Positions 48,036 through 60,340 of a stretch of DNA of 64,000 bases are shown here, piece after piece. Below the pieces are notes generated by a model, which made no database searches, was not told the origin of the DNA, and was given only the letters and a program-made list of their open reading frames with translations. Origin of the DNA: Vicugna vicugna (lineage: Eukaryota); assembly GCA_013265495.1 (NCBI GenBank), contig MU058540.1, positions 209,696 to 273,695 on the forward strand, given 5' to 3'. The first letter of the stretch is position 1. Each line of letters starts with the position of its first letter. The translations under genes and the position numbers were made by a program.

Positions 48036-48924
48036 AAAGAGACTGAAAAGGAGAAGACTAAAGAATAGGAAGAAAACAAGGAGGAAGTATGCTTCTAAGA
48101 CAAGGAATAAGAAGGAAATTTCAGGAAGGAGGAAGCAGTCACATCACAAACATCACTAATAACACAAGTAAGACACACATGGAGAGGTGATGGTGGGTTT
48201 GGGTTGGCTGGAGACCATTAGCGTCCCCACTGAGAGCAGCATCAGAGATCGGGAAAACAAAGGGGAGAATGCAGTTGGTTGAGGACTGAGTGAACCAGGA
48301 AAAAGTCAAAAACAAACATCGCAGACTCCCATTTCAAAATGTCTACCTCTGAAATGTAAGAGAGACAGAGAATCTTGGGAAGAGGAGGTACCAGGGCTCT
48401 TCACTCATCAGTGATATGACAGGGGATCATGAGACATTTATTAACCTCTTTGCATCTCAGCCTTTCCAGTTCTAAAACGGAAGCCTTCCTGAAAAGTCTG
48501 TTGTGAAAACGAAGAGGAGATTTGGCACTTGCAGGTGTTTATCAATAAACAGCAGCTACTATGTTGTGGAGTGAAAGGAAGAAGATGACCTCACAAAAGA
48601 GGGGAAAGAATAGAGAAGAGAAACGGGACAGAAAACAGCACCTGTGGGTTGCAAAACGTGCTGCCGTCACCCCCACCCTCCACCCCGCCCCCTGAGTACT
48701 CACCCTGGAAGGCGCCAGCTCCGTGGGGACTGAGCAGGGCAGCCAGGGTGAGGGCTTGGAGGATCATGACTCTGGTCTGGCTCCCTGTGTCTTCAAGGTG
48801 CATCTGCAGTGACAGACAGTGAGGAGAAAATGAGGCAAGGCAAAGAGGAGCTCTGAATCCAGGACTTATTTCTCTACCCCTGTGGAGGGAGAAGTGGGTG
48901 GAATGAAACAGCTTGATGAGGCTC

Positions 48925-48966
48925 AGCCAACCAGAAAACATCGGAAGGGGCATCTCCGTGGCTGGG
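48925..48966 (-). promoter_or_regulatory. DPA X-Y promoter module, degenerate
   Basis: Minus strand: X1-like CCCAGCCACGGAGA (48966-48953), 18-bp spacer, Y-like CTGGTTGGCT (48934-48925) with the ATTGG core changed to GTTGG. Confidence 0.7.
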
Positions 48967-50535
48967 AAAGAAAATGCTAGAACAGTGTCAGGACAAACAC
49001 AGCCCAGAAAGCCCCAGCCTATGCGGGACTGGGGACAGGAGGAGGAAACTAAAATGGAGATATTATAATCGCCTTCCTCTTAGTGATGTTGTTTGGAAAT
49101 AGGCTATTGAAGTTGATCCTTGAATACTTTTTATTTGTAATAACTTACGTGAATGGACATTTTCAAAATTTCATGTTGATTCTTAGTTTCATATAGGAAT
49201 TCGTTTGACTGTTATCAAATGATATTATATTTACCATTTTACACCTTTGATCATCTTAGAGGAATCCTTTGGTGTTTCCAGACATACACACAGAAGGCAA
49301 ACAATATTTAATTGTTCACTTCTAATTATTACTCTTTTTATTTCTTCTTCATAGAAGAATGTGGTGATATAAGGCATTTTTATTTAAATCTTATTCTTAA
49401 GAACAATTTCTCTAGTCGCTTCATATGAAATCTAGTGGTAGATTTTTTATATGTTCTGTTTTATTACAGAGGGGTTTGGAACCATAGTAAACAGGTGTGG
49501 GACTATAGTAAGTTTTTCTAGTATTTAATATTGCCATGATAGAATTTGTATTATTGGATGAAATAGTGTGTTGTATTGGGTAAAGAGTTTTTTTGTGTTC
49601 TGAACTAATCTTGCATTAGAATAATTAACATTCTTTGATTCCTGACTGTGTGTAAGGCTCTGCTTGAAGAGATGCAGGTGCTAAGGATTATCGCAATTCG
49701 ATTTCCAAATAAACCAAAGGCAGGGTCTCCATGATAGTCTCCATTTTACATGAAAGAAATTTGAGTCATAACAGGTTTTAAAAAAAAATCCAGAAAGTAG
49801 CAGAAAGGGGACTTCACAGCCAGGAAATTTCACTCTTGACCTGTGTCTGACCACTTTACTATAATGTATCCTGTCTCTAATAGAAAATCTAAGTTAAATA
49901 ATAATGCACGATTTTATTCAATTCATCAATGATTTAAGTACTTCAAAAACTCTCTGATCTTTACATTTCTAAGGCATTTTATATGTACGTTCTCATTTCA
50001 CCCCTCCCAGAGTTACTGAGAAGATAGGTGTTACCACCCCCATTTCCAAAGTAAAGAAACTGTGGCCCATTAAGGACAAGTAATTTGCCCAAAGTTGTGC
50101 ACTTACTTCCATGCCTTATTTGGTATTAAAGCCCAGAGACCCTTGTTCCACATCCTTTATAACCGGACCTCTGTGAGGGGAAGGTGAACATCTGACCCCT
50201 TACGTGATGGCTGGTACAGACTCCAGGACCAATTCAGAGTCCTGGGTGGACACTCTAATCCCCTGAGATCTTTAACATACTGCCTAGGACTTGCTCTTCC
50301 CCAGACCGCATCCCTGCAAGGGGGATTAGCACTCACCACTGAGCGGGAATGACATTCCTGCAATCTGCTCCAGGGCAAGGAGAACAGAAGGAAAAAAAAA
50401 ACAGAACCAAAAAGACCCTCATGATTCATCCAGTTCCTCAGAGGCCCCTCCCTTTATTCTGCCTTCAATGAATCTTATACCTTGAAGTAGCATGTGCCTG
50501 ACAGCAAGCTTCTGCCTGGAAAGGGACAGTTCCTA

Positions 50536-50545
50536 CTTATTGGTT
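50536..50545 (+). promoter_or_regulatory. DPB Y box (inverted CCAAT)
   Basis: CTTATTGGTT about 135 nt upstream of the DPB ATG. No clear X1 box at the expected spacing. Confidence 0.6.
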
Positions 50546-52255
50546 CCTTTTTTGGAATCTGGCCACACCCAGGGGATGTAGGAGGGGTCAGGCTCACCAT
50601 CTCTCATGTTTTAAGAGTGAGGCCCATTGAGTGAGAGCTGCTCTGACTCTGATTCCTGTCCTTTCCCAGGCTGCGGGATGGCGGTCTTTTGGGTCACTGG
50701 GGCCCCTGGGACGGCAGCTCTGATGATGTCCCTGGCAATGCTGAGCTTCCCTTTGGCTCAGGGCAGAGACACCCCAGGTAGGTGCAGAGCTGCTGCTCTT
50801 GGAGGGTCTGGCTCTGGGAAATGATCCTGGGGGTTTTCCCCATGTGGGCTCCCTCTGTGGGAAAGGCTTTGGGGCTCGGACATTCATCCAAGGGCCAGGA
50901 TTCCCATCAGAGAGAAAAAGAGATCAGGGTTTGTGTCTGCTGGACACAGTGGTACCCGGTGGTCTGAAATGACTTTGGAGGGACAAGATTCTCACAGAGG
51001 GGTCCTCAAGATAACATTTCAGCATCAAAAGATAGGAAAGGGGAACTGTGTTTAGTTTGCGTTGTCCAGGATCCCAGCTACAGGACCAGTGCTCCAGGTG
51101 GGGGCCCCTTTCACAGAACCAAACGGGAACCCCGTCCCAGGAACAGCAATGGCCGGGGGGCAGAGGAGGGTAGTGAGGACCAGCTGTGGGGAAAGCCAGC
51201 AGGGTAACTATTGCAGCTGACTGTCCCCCACATCAGGAACCAGATCAGAGCACATCAGGGTAGGTTCTGAGAGGAAGTGAGAGACAGGAAATGGCCTCTC
51301 CTACCTCCAGCTCCCCACCAAGACCATGTGTGCTGGAATGGTGAAGTCGTTTATGTTAAAATTCCCCAACCTTTCTCTCCCCATCCATAAAACAAGCCCT
51401 ACTCCTTCCTGAGAATCAGTTTCTCTCAGGCTCCTTCCCCAATTTCTGGGGGTAACAGCAATGAAAACTCTCAAATTCATCTACTCAAACACCATCCCCT
51501 TGTCCTCATTTCTCAGACAGAAGGAAGGGGAAATTTTTCTGGCATTTATCGCTCAGGTGAACACAGAACTGGACAAGGGCGGCTCAGCTGTGGAGCCTGT
51601 GTCCACAGATGAGAGAAGAAATGGAGATGCTTGGGTCTTGGCGAGCTGGAAGGGGCTGTGGGCTGAGGAAATAGCTGGTGAGATGAGATGATGTCCAACA
51701 GGAGGCGAGAGGGGAGTAGTGCAGGATGGGCACAGGAGAAGCTGTTCCAGGCAGCAGGCAGACGCTGATAGGAAGACATTGGAAATTGGAGCTTGGGGCT
51801 CCCTTGCAGTGAATAGTGAGCAGAGTGGTGGGTGGCGGTGGGAGGAGTGGGGTGAGGTGGAGAGATCATTGGATTCAGGTTAGTAAGAGCCCTGAGATGG
51901 AATCCCCTCACCCTGTGAGAGAGTCACCTGGGGGATGGAGAGGGTGGGCCCAGAGCTCCCTGCACAGTTTCAAAGCCGAAGGACTCAATACTGAGTGAAA
52001 TCTGACATCCAGGGAACTTGGATCTGATGGGCTGGGAAGATTCCTCCATTTCCTTTTTGCGCCTCCAACTCTTTCAGCAGAAATGGAAAGGGATGAAAGA
52101 GGAAAACCTGGCTTAACAGGCCCTGGGTGAAGCTGGAACTGTTGAGAAGGCCCTCGTGACTACTGGGTCATAAAGAAAATTGTGTAGAAAGGGAACATCC
52201 AACTCATGGATGCAACAGATTTGTAGCTCTAGTGGCCTCTTTAAAACTCCATTGT

Positions 52256-52360
52256 TGGGGGAGGGTGTAGCTCAGGGGGAGGGTGTAGCTCAGTGGTAGA
52301 GCGCATGCTTAGCATGCAGGAGGTCCTGGGTTCAGTCCCTAGTACCTTCATTGAAAAATT
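52256..52360 (+). mobile_element. Vic-1-type SINE with duplicated 5' end, DPB intron 1
   Basis: GGGGGAGGGTGTAGCTCAG occurs twice in tandem before the rest of the element. Confidence 0.85.
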
Positions 52361-54290
52361 ATTTTTTAATTTTAAATCCATCATTCATGACATTCACCAT
52401 CTCAAAAATTTATTTATTTATTTATTTTTAATTTTGCTTTTTATTGAAGTGTAGTTGACTTACAACATTAGTTTCAGGTGTACAGCAAAGCGATTCAGTT
52501 ATTCACATACATACATATCTATAGAAACCATCCCGGCTTAAACCCTGGGGCTCCACCCATCACATTACCTGGGTAGCAGCAGAAGCCTGGAGTTTAAACT
52601 TGTATTTACTCCATTTCTTCTGTCTCCCTTTCCCAAGAGAAAGAAAAGGTGGGAAGAAACTATCAGCATTAAGTTAATAAAAGCTTCTTTTCAAGCATGT
52701 AAGGCTAAGGCCTTAGGGCAGTTCCTGTGAGCCATTCTGAACCAACCAGGGTTCTGTCCTTTGTGTTTCTTTCAGCTCAACATTAATCTAATCACCAGTC
52801 ACTTTACTGAGGACCTTCCTAATGCACAGATCAGACGAAACCACTCACTGGCTAATAAATCTGCTCCCTGTCGGCAAACTCCCCAAACTCCTCGGCCTGG
52901 CGCAGACGGCAGACAGCACTGCCGGCCTGTCCTGTCTCCCACCACCTCACTCACTTTCCCTTTCCCTGCTGCTCCCTCTGGTGAGATTCTGCTCCTCCTT
53001 ATAACCCCAGATGAAACATCAGCTCCTCTGAACCCTCATCTCTCCCTCGGCCTCCAATTCTCGTCAAATTTAAGGTGCTCTTCACACGTCCCCGCAATCC
53101 CGCTGCCATACCCCTGTGAACCCACCTGTCACTGCGCCCACACCGCGTCCACCTGCTTGTCTCCCACTTAGACCTTAAGGTTCCCTGAGGCCATGCTCTT
53201 TATGATTTATGCTGGAAAGGACCTCGGAGATTATTTAGTTAAAGCCCCCGTTTACTGGATAAGAAAACTTCGGACCAGGGAGGTTCTATGATGTATCCAA
53301 GGTCACCAGGATACCTCTACATCAACAGTAGTGACTAACACTGTATTGATTTGCTGACTCATTGAGAGAGAACTGCAGAGGCTAGAGGTGAGGCGAAGAG
53401 AGGGGAGAGAGAAGAGACTGAGAACGTGGTGAACACAGAGTTTTCATTTTGGCTGTGCTCTGGGTCAGCGCTCTCGGGACAGGCAGAGTGACCCTCCTGA
53501 GTTCTCTAACCGGACACTCTGCCAGAACAAGGATGGAGACTCGAGAGGAAAGAGGCAAAAGACAGGAAGTGCATGGCCTTGGATGCAGCCACTCAATGTT
53601 ACAGGGAAAGTGGGCAGAGCGTCTCATGGGTGTTGGAGTCTCTCCCAGCCCTGCCCTGGACTCTCACTCTCCACAGAGCTGTACGTGTACCAGAGGAGGA
53701 GTGACTGCTATGAGTTCAACGGGACGCACCGCTACCTGGAGCGATACATTTACAACAGAGAGGTGTACGTCCAATTCGACAGCGCCGTGGGGGTGTTTGT
53801 GGCTGTGACGGAGCTGGGGCTCCAAACTGCCAAGAACTGGAACATCCAGAGGGAGTTTCTGGAACTGAGACAGAGCGCGGTGGACACGGTGTGCAGACAC
53901 ATCTATGAGTTGGACAAGGGTTTCACCCTGAAGCGCAGAGGTGAGAGGGCTGGTGGAGGAGAGAAGACCCTGGAGGGGGTGGGCTCAGGCCGCAGAGGAG
54001 GGGAGCCATCTCCATCTCATCTCAGAGCCCCAGGGGGTCCCAGTCTGAAATCAAAAGTCTTCATGGTGAGCAGGGGACCAGAGTGGCATGGGAAAGAGCC
54101 AGACTCCCTGTTATTCAAACACGAAATTGCTAAGAACATTGAGTTTGCGGATCTTCCTCCAAACTTTATTTTATTTTTTGGTAGATGAGACCAAGAGACA
54201 TATATATTAAATGAAGCATGAATCAAGCTGCTTCGTGTCTTCTCTCGTTTTTAAAATATCAGACTGATAGATCAAATGAATGCTGTTGAC

Positions 54291-54440
54291 AGGGGAGAGT
54301 ACAGCTCAGTGGCAGAGTGCGTGCTTTGCATGCATGAGGTCTTGGGATCAATCCCCAGGACTTCCACGAAAATAAATAAACAACAAACAAACAAACAAAC
54401 CTAACTACCCACCTCCCCAAAAAAAGTTTTTTAAAAAAAG
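54291..54440 (+). mobile_element. Vic-1-type SINE in DPB intron 2
   Basis: tRNA-like head, (CAAA)n and A-rich tail. Confidence 0.85.
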
Positions 54441-56691
54441 AACGGTATTGGCTGCACGAATTCTAATTCCAAGATCACAGCCGGCAGGGTTACACAGCCT
54501 TTTGAACCAGATGGGAAAATGTAACTTTAGTTGCTTTACAACAGGTTTAACACGTCTGTTCAAAGATATTAGTTACCAGCTTACACGTTTCTGGCCAAAG
54601 TGCTACAGCGTGTCAACTTTAACCCGCTCCTGTTCTTCTCTGCTCTTTCCCTTGTTGTGTCTGATGAGGTCTTTCTTGGAATGTTTGAACACTTTATTCT
54701 GTGTTTCCCTCTCTGTTCCCCAAAGTCTGCCTCCAAGTAGCTTAAGGTGGATGAGATATTTATTTCTAACATCGAGAGGTCAGCTTGGCAAGAAAATCGC
54801 TAACTGCTGCTTTAGCTGTCTCCGTTGTCACAACCAGACTCTTCTCTGCACCTCTAGTCCCACCTAAAGTGAACGTCTCCCCCTCCAAGAAGGAGGCCCT
54901 GCAGTCCCACAGCCTGCTCATCTGCCACGTGACAGATTTCTATCCAGGCCACATTCAAGTCCGCTGATTCCTGAATGGACAGGAGGAAACAGCTGGGATT
55001 GTGGCCACCAACCCGATCCATAATGGAGACTGGACCTTCCAGCTCCTCGTGATGCTGGAAATGAGCCCTCAGCAGGGAGACGTCTACACCTGCCACGTGG
55101 AGCACCCCAGCCTGGACAGACCTGTCACCGTGGAGTGGAGTGAGTCACTCTCTGATGACCCTCTAGACTCCAGGCTTAGGGGTCCACTCACTACACATTG
55201 GGGCCATACCACCACGTGTTTTTCCTCATCAGCCCTCTAACTGTGGTCTGGGCTCAGAGCAATGGAGATCTGGTGATTTCAGCATGTGTTTATCCCTGCC
55301 CTGGGGGATCCTTAAGGATCTCTCCTTCTTAGAAAACCTCAGAAAGGTAACCACCTTTATGACCGGCCCTCAGACATGGGAACCAGCCTCTCCCCTCTGT
55401 CTCCTTTCAGTCCCTTACATTGGGACCTGATGGGCTGACATTGCCTCCTGTGGAAGTCACTGCTCTGGGATCCAGAACTTTGGGGGTGATTTCCACATTT
55501 ACTCCTTCCCCAGTGTGGCTTCAGGCTGGGCCTTATCCTCTCCCCTTTCCCTCCACAGCATAGTGGATGGGGCTCTGGGTGGCAGGTAGGGCCCAGGGGT
55601 TGCGGCAGGTGGAGGTGAGGCTGACCCTGGCATCTGTTCTTCTCAGAGGTGTAGTCGGATTCCGCCCGAAGCAAGATGCTGACCGGAGTTGGGGGCTTTG
55701 TGCTGGGGCTCATCGCCCTCATAATGAGCTTCATTCTCCACTTTCAAAGACGGCGAGGCAGGAAACTTCTGGAAAGTGGTTGGTATTGCCTTTCTACTGT
55801 CTCATTCTATTCTTCAGTGATGACATTGGAAAAGAAAAGCAAAACGACAGAGCAAAAGAGGTCACTGAAGTCAAATTCTGAAAATGCAAAGACAGCCCTG
55901 TAGGGAGGAAGCTGCCTAGATGAGCTCTTGGTCCAGTAAGACACCTGAGCCAGCTGATGACCCCATTCTGAAGAGTGGTTTTTTTAAGGCTGGGGTGGGC
56001 TGACATCTACAAATGGGCCCTTGCTTTAATTCCCAGTGACATGGAGAATGGGGTGCAAACATTTGTATAATTTTCTAAAATGTTACCGTTCTTTACTTTT
56101 TAATGGCTGAATTTGTCTTCCCTGTCACTTTCATTTCAGGACGACAAGGACCTCAACCAACAGGTGGTACTTCTACTCCTTTCTTCCTTCTTGGGATGTA
56201 GTTCATTTCACTGCACCATGGGTTTCGGAGCATTTAACGAATAAGCTGTGTTCAGGAGATAACACAGGAAGTGCCCTGAGGGTGAGGAGAAACTCTCAGA
56301 GGCTGTCCCATTTTTTCAAGTTGAACCAAATTGCCCCCAGTTCTTGGTCCCATTTTCATCTCTGGGTGGGTATAAGCAGTGAGTACTACTTTGCCCCATT
56401 GCTGAAGGAAATTCCAGAAACTCTCTTCCATTTTTCATCAAGCCACATTCAGACTGTCTCTATAATTTTTTTTCCAACTCCTGGGATTCTCGAGGGAAAA
56501 GAAATATAGCCTCTTTTTAATTTCTTCTTCTTCACAGGACTCCTGAATTGCTATCAAACACCACATGTTGACTGGGAAAAAGTATTTCTGATATTTCCAT
56601 TGTCCAGCAATGTCCCACCTCCAAAAAGGACTTCACTACTGAATTGTGCCCCTGACACTTGCTTCTGAGTCTCTGCCTTTTACAATGAGCT

Positions 56692-56780
56692 GTTTTGTTT
56701 TGTTTTGTTTTTAATGGAGGTACCGAGGATTGAACCCAGGACCTCGTGCATGCGCTCTACCACTGATCTATACCCTCCCC
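56692..56780 (-). mobile_element. Vic-1-type SINE in the DPB 3' UTR region
   Basis: Reverse head with (TTTTG)n tail; ctgagtctctgcctttta occurs on both sides. Confidence 0.8.
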
Positions 56781-57017
56781 CAGCTGAGTCTCTGCCTTTT
56801 AATTCAGCATACTTCTCTTTCTCAAGTTCTCCAGACTATAGCATGCCATTTCCTGAGGCACATACATAAACCACCTAAATCCAATATTATTGTCTCCCTT
56901 TCCTACGGAGAAGAAGGAGATGGTCATGTGACTATGTTTATGCTTGAAGGGTTGGATGACCACTGGGTCCAGTGAACAGCCTGGGGATGTCCTTGGTGCT
57001 TTCCTCAGGTGTGGAAA

Positions 57018-57023
57018 AATAAA
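57018..57023 (+). terminator. Candidate DPB polyadenylation signal
   Basis: AATAAA about 470 nt downstream of the expected stop position in exon 6. Confidence 0.5.
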
Positions 57024-57862
57024 ATTCTTGATGGTGATCCATTCTCTTTATTGAATAGGAGGGCAACTGGTAGTGAACGTCCTAAAATTTGCTTTATTTC
57101 ATTGTAGATGCCCAAATTCGTGTTGCACTCTTACCAGTGTGGGGTGGAACCATTTCTCCTAGTAATCCCAGACAGAACAGACACTGAGCCTGGATTTTGC
57201 CACAGAAATTCATACAGGACTAGTACAGCACGGTAATTATTAAGAATATGGTTTCCAAGTTTAAAAATCAACATAAGATCATAATTATAAATAACAGGTA
57301 TAAGAGCATAACATATTATAGCATTCTCTTTATATTATTATTTGCATCAAATTATAGAAGCAGACTTGTCCCATAACTCCGTGCTCATTACATCACTGCA
57401 AACTCTCTCCCTTCTGAGCCATCAAATGGGACGCACATCTCCAGTTTCCAAAAAGTCAAAGATACATGTATATCAGCTTTTTCAGACATAGGCCTGCTTT
57501 TAGAATACAGTTTTTTTTAGTATTTTTATAAATCATTTTAATTGATGTTTGAGGCTAAGACAGAAGTCATTATATTTGCTTTGGTCATTTTGTGGTATGG
57601 TGTGTCACTTAAGTCTGAATTTAATATAATAGTAATCAGGAAAAATTCTAATTCCTGTAATATTGATAGATTATAATATCAGTTTTCGAAAACAGCAAGG
57701 CCTAAGCCTTAAACCAAGCTTAAAGCATTTCTCTTTTTTAACTGTCCTTCTTGCGTGTGACTTTGGGAAATCATTTTGATGAATATGTTCATAAATTGTG
57801 ACTCTAAGTCAGTTTTGGTGATTCTACATATTATGAGATACCAAGCCCAAATGGGGGGCTGT

Positions 57863-58393
57863 GTTGGGGGTCACCAAGACCAGCTCAGTTTAGATCATTC
57901 ACTAAGAGGACTCACGGGACTCATTATGTAGCTGTACACACGGCTATGATTAATTACAGCAAAGGAAGCAAAGCAGCTAAGGGAAAAGGCACGTGAAAAA
58001 CTCGGAGAAAACAGGTGCAAGCTTCCAAGGGTCCTCTCCCATCAGAGCCGCAGGACTCGCTCAGTTCCTCCAGCAACGAGTTGTGACAACACGTGTGAAT
58101 TATGTCGGCCAGGAAAGCCCAGAGGAGACTCGGCACTCAGGGTTTTTCGTGGGGACTGGTCTCGCGGGCACCCTCTGCACAAACCAAAGTTCCAGACTCC
58201 CAGAAGGAAAGCAGGTGTTCAGCATAAACCATATTGTTTGTTCAAACAGCTCAGGCACATTCTTAATCAGCTCTGGGAATGGTGGGAACCCTCCCAATAT
58301 CCAAGTTCCTAGATGCCAGCCAGGGGCCAGCCTTGTAAGCAGGCCTTTCAAAGGAAGATGGTCAGGACTGCTGTGTTAACTCTGTTCTGCACA
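57863..58393 (-). mobile_element. MER21-like ERVL LTR
   Basis: TG...CA bounded; contains ttccagactcccagaaggaaagcaggtgttcagcataaaccatattgtttg, recognised as MER21-like. Confidence 0.75.
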
Positions 58394-58407
58394 GGGGCAA
58401 ATCATCC

Positions 58408-58500
58408 TTTTTTTTTTTTTAATGGAGGAACTGGGGATTGAACCCAGGACCTTGTGCATGCTAAGCATGTGCTCTGCCACTGAGCTATATCCTACCCCTC
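58408..58500 (-). mobile_element. Vic-1-type SINE
   Basis: Poly-T followed by the reverse tRNA-like head. Confidence 0.85.
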
Positions 58501-60061
58501 GCCCACCCCACAAACCATCCATTTTGTTGACAATTTCCAAGATAACATGAGTATCCATGTTTTCAAAGAAAAGCATAGATTGATCAGAAAACTCTTTAAA
58601 ATCTAAGTTTTCTGGAAACATTGGTTATTGCAGAAGATCTAGAGCTAAATTCATATAATTTTTTTCATTATTATTACTATTATGTGAAATTATTATTACA
58701 AATGTTTTATGAGTCCTATTAGCATTTGAACAGTTTTTGAAAAGCTGAAGTTACAAAGCAAGGATGCACGTGAAAGCATTCTGTTCTGTGAAAGGTTTAT
58801 TTTTTGCTCAATGGCATGAGAAATTACACATGCTTTCTATTCTGTGATGTTTCTAGGAGAAAGTAGCGGTAGCCCATCTCTCAGTGCCCCAAATGAGAAA
58901 GAGAAGTTGTAATTCACTACATCCACTTTTAATCATCTCGGGAAAAAGAGAGAGGCAGCCCACTTTGTGCCCAAGGAATTTCACAACCAAAGAGTTTGAC
59001 AATGAATGATCCTCTCACTGACTGCACTGCTTAAGATGAGAGAGGCTTCACCATTTGGGATTTTGAGAAGAAAGAAACAAACCTTGTCAGCAGAGAACTA
59101 TGAAACCAGTTTATAATGCGTAATGGTTAATTGAATATTCTCTTGAGTCATATTGAAAGGAACTTAGTTTATAAACCATTTTCACTGTTATCTTAAGAGT
59201 CCTGAACATTTCACTCTCTGCTTGTAAAGCCGAACTGATAGTTAATTCAGGGTTTGATAAAAAGAAGAAAGTCTCCCTGATTTTCTGTTTGGCCAAGAAT
59301 TCCCCCTAATGTGATGTCATCATAAAACAGTCATAAAGCTGTGAGTTAATTCAGAATTTTAATCCTCGAGTCAGGTTTTGTAGTCTGCGCTCTTCGGGGT
59401 AGAGGACTGCTATAAGGAAATAAAGAAGGCAAATGATTTCGTACTTCTTTCCTTTCCCTTTTTTATTGGACAACTATAAGGAATTAAAACTGTGAGGTGT
59501 TTTTTAATTCTTATGAGAAATGTTGTAAGATTTTTGAGGAGTCAGATTATCCATGGCAAAGAACCTGAGTTTAAAGTGTTCTTTGAAGCTAGAGAATATT
59601 AAATAGGGCCCCATCTCCACCTAGTGGCCAACAGTGGAATTTAGACTTGGAACAAGAAATAAGGATTTGTCGGTAATTTGGGGTATTCTTAACGAAAACG
59701 TTAGAGAAAAGGTGAGGCATATAAAAATCAAAATAAGTATGGCCAAATGTAGAGTTTTGGTGATGCCAGCACTTTTGCGGTTTGACTTGGCGGTGCCTTT
59801 GGCAGCACCCCTGAAAATATGCTTATCATGGTCTGCTGCCAAACCCCAAATATATTTTAAAATAATTGAATATAAAGAAACATACCAACAGAAGGCAACC
59901 CTTCAAAATTAACTTTGGGAAGAAGAAGGTCCACGTAAGCAGAGTCCTCATATCTATAAAAGAAGTGCGATCATCAGAAACAGCCCAACAGAGCTTTCTG
60001 CTCTGATGGAAACGTTTATATCTGAGCTGCCCAATACAGAAGCCACTGGTCGTATGTATTC

Positions 60062-60340
60062 TTTTTTAATGTTTATTGAAGTGTAGTTGATTTACAGTGT
60101 TAGTTTCATGCGTACAGCAGTGATTTAAGTTATACATACACATACATATATATTTTTTCTTTTCAGATTCTTTTCCATTATATGTTATTACAAGAAGTTG
60201 AATATAGTTCCCTGTGCTGTACAGTAGGTCCTTGTTGTTTATCTATTTTATATATTGTAACACGTGTCTGTTAATCCCTGACTCCTAACTTATTCCTCCC
60301 TGACCTTTCCCCTTTGGTAACCATAGTTTGTTTTCTGTGT
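60062..60340 (-). mobile_element. L1 3' UTR fragment inserted into a MER3-like element
   Basis: Antisense L1 tail; MER3-like halves at about 59985-60060 and 60345-60480. Confidence 0.75.

Larger units (their letters stand above)
42746..48803 (-). pseudogene. DPA: MHC class II DP alpha chain gene, frameshifted in the transmembrane exon (probable pseudogene)
   Basis: Exons (minus): 48803-48704 (MHLEDTGSQTRVMILQALTLAALLSPHGAGAFQ), 44371-44126 (alpha1 [42 protein letters not shown], 246 nt), 43743-43462 (alpha2 [36 protein letters not shown]), exon 4 from 42892. Closely resembles HLA-DPA1. One base is missing at about 42862 (CCT GAG AG ATG GAG ACC), giving TGA at 42791-42789. The 3' end of exon 4 (42746) is inferred. 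Confidence 0.93.
50678..56551 (+). pseudogene. DPB: MHC class II DP beta chain pseudogene, 6 exons
   Basis: Exons 50678-50777 (MAVFWVTGAPGTAALMMSLAMLSFPLAQGRDTP), 53677-53940 (beta1, 264 nt, the DP-type length; CYEFNGTHRYLERYIYNRE), 54858-55139 (beta2; TGA at 54965-54967 replaces the conserved Trp), 55647-55757 (TM; TAG at 55652-55654; GC donor), 56140-56163, and from 56538 (GLLN, then TGC where a stop is expected). Head-to-head with DPA, ATGs about 1.9 kb apart. Confidence 0.95.

Noticed and set aside
54965..54967. In-frame TGA in DPB as selenocysteine or programmed readthrough
   Set aside because: It replaces a structural Trp, a second stop (TAG) follows in exon 4, and no SECIS was recognised.
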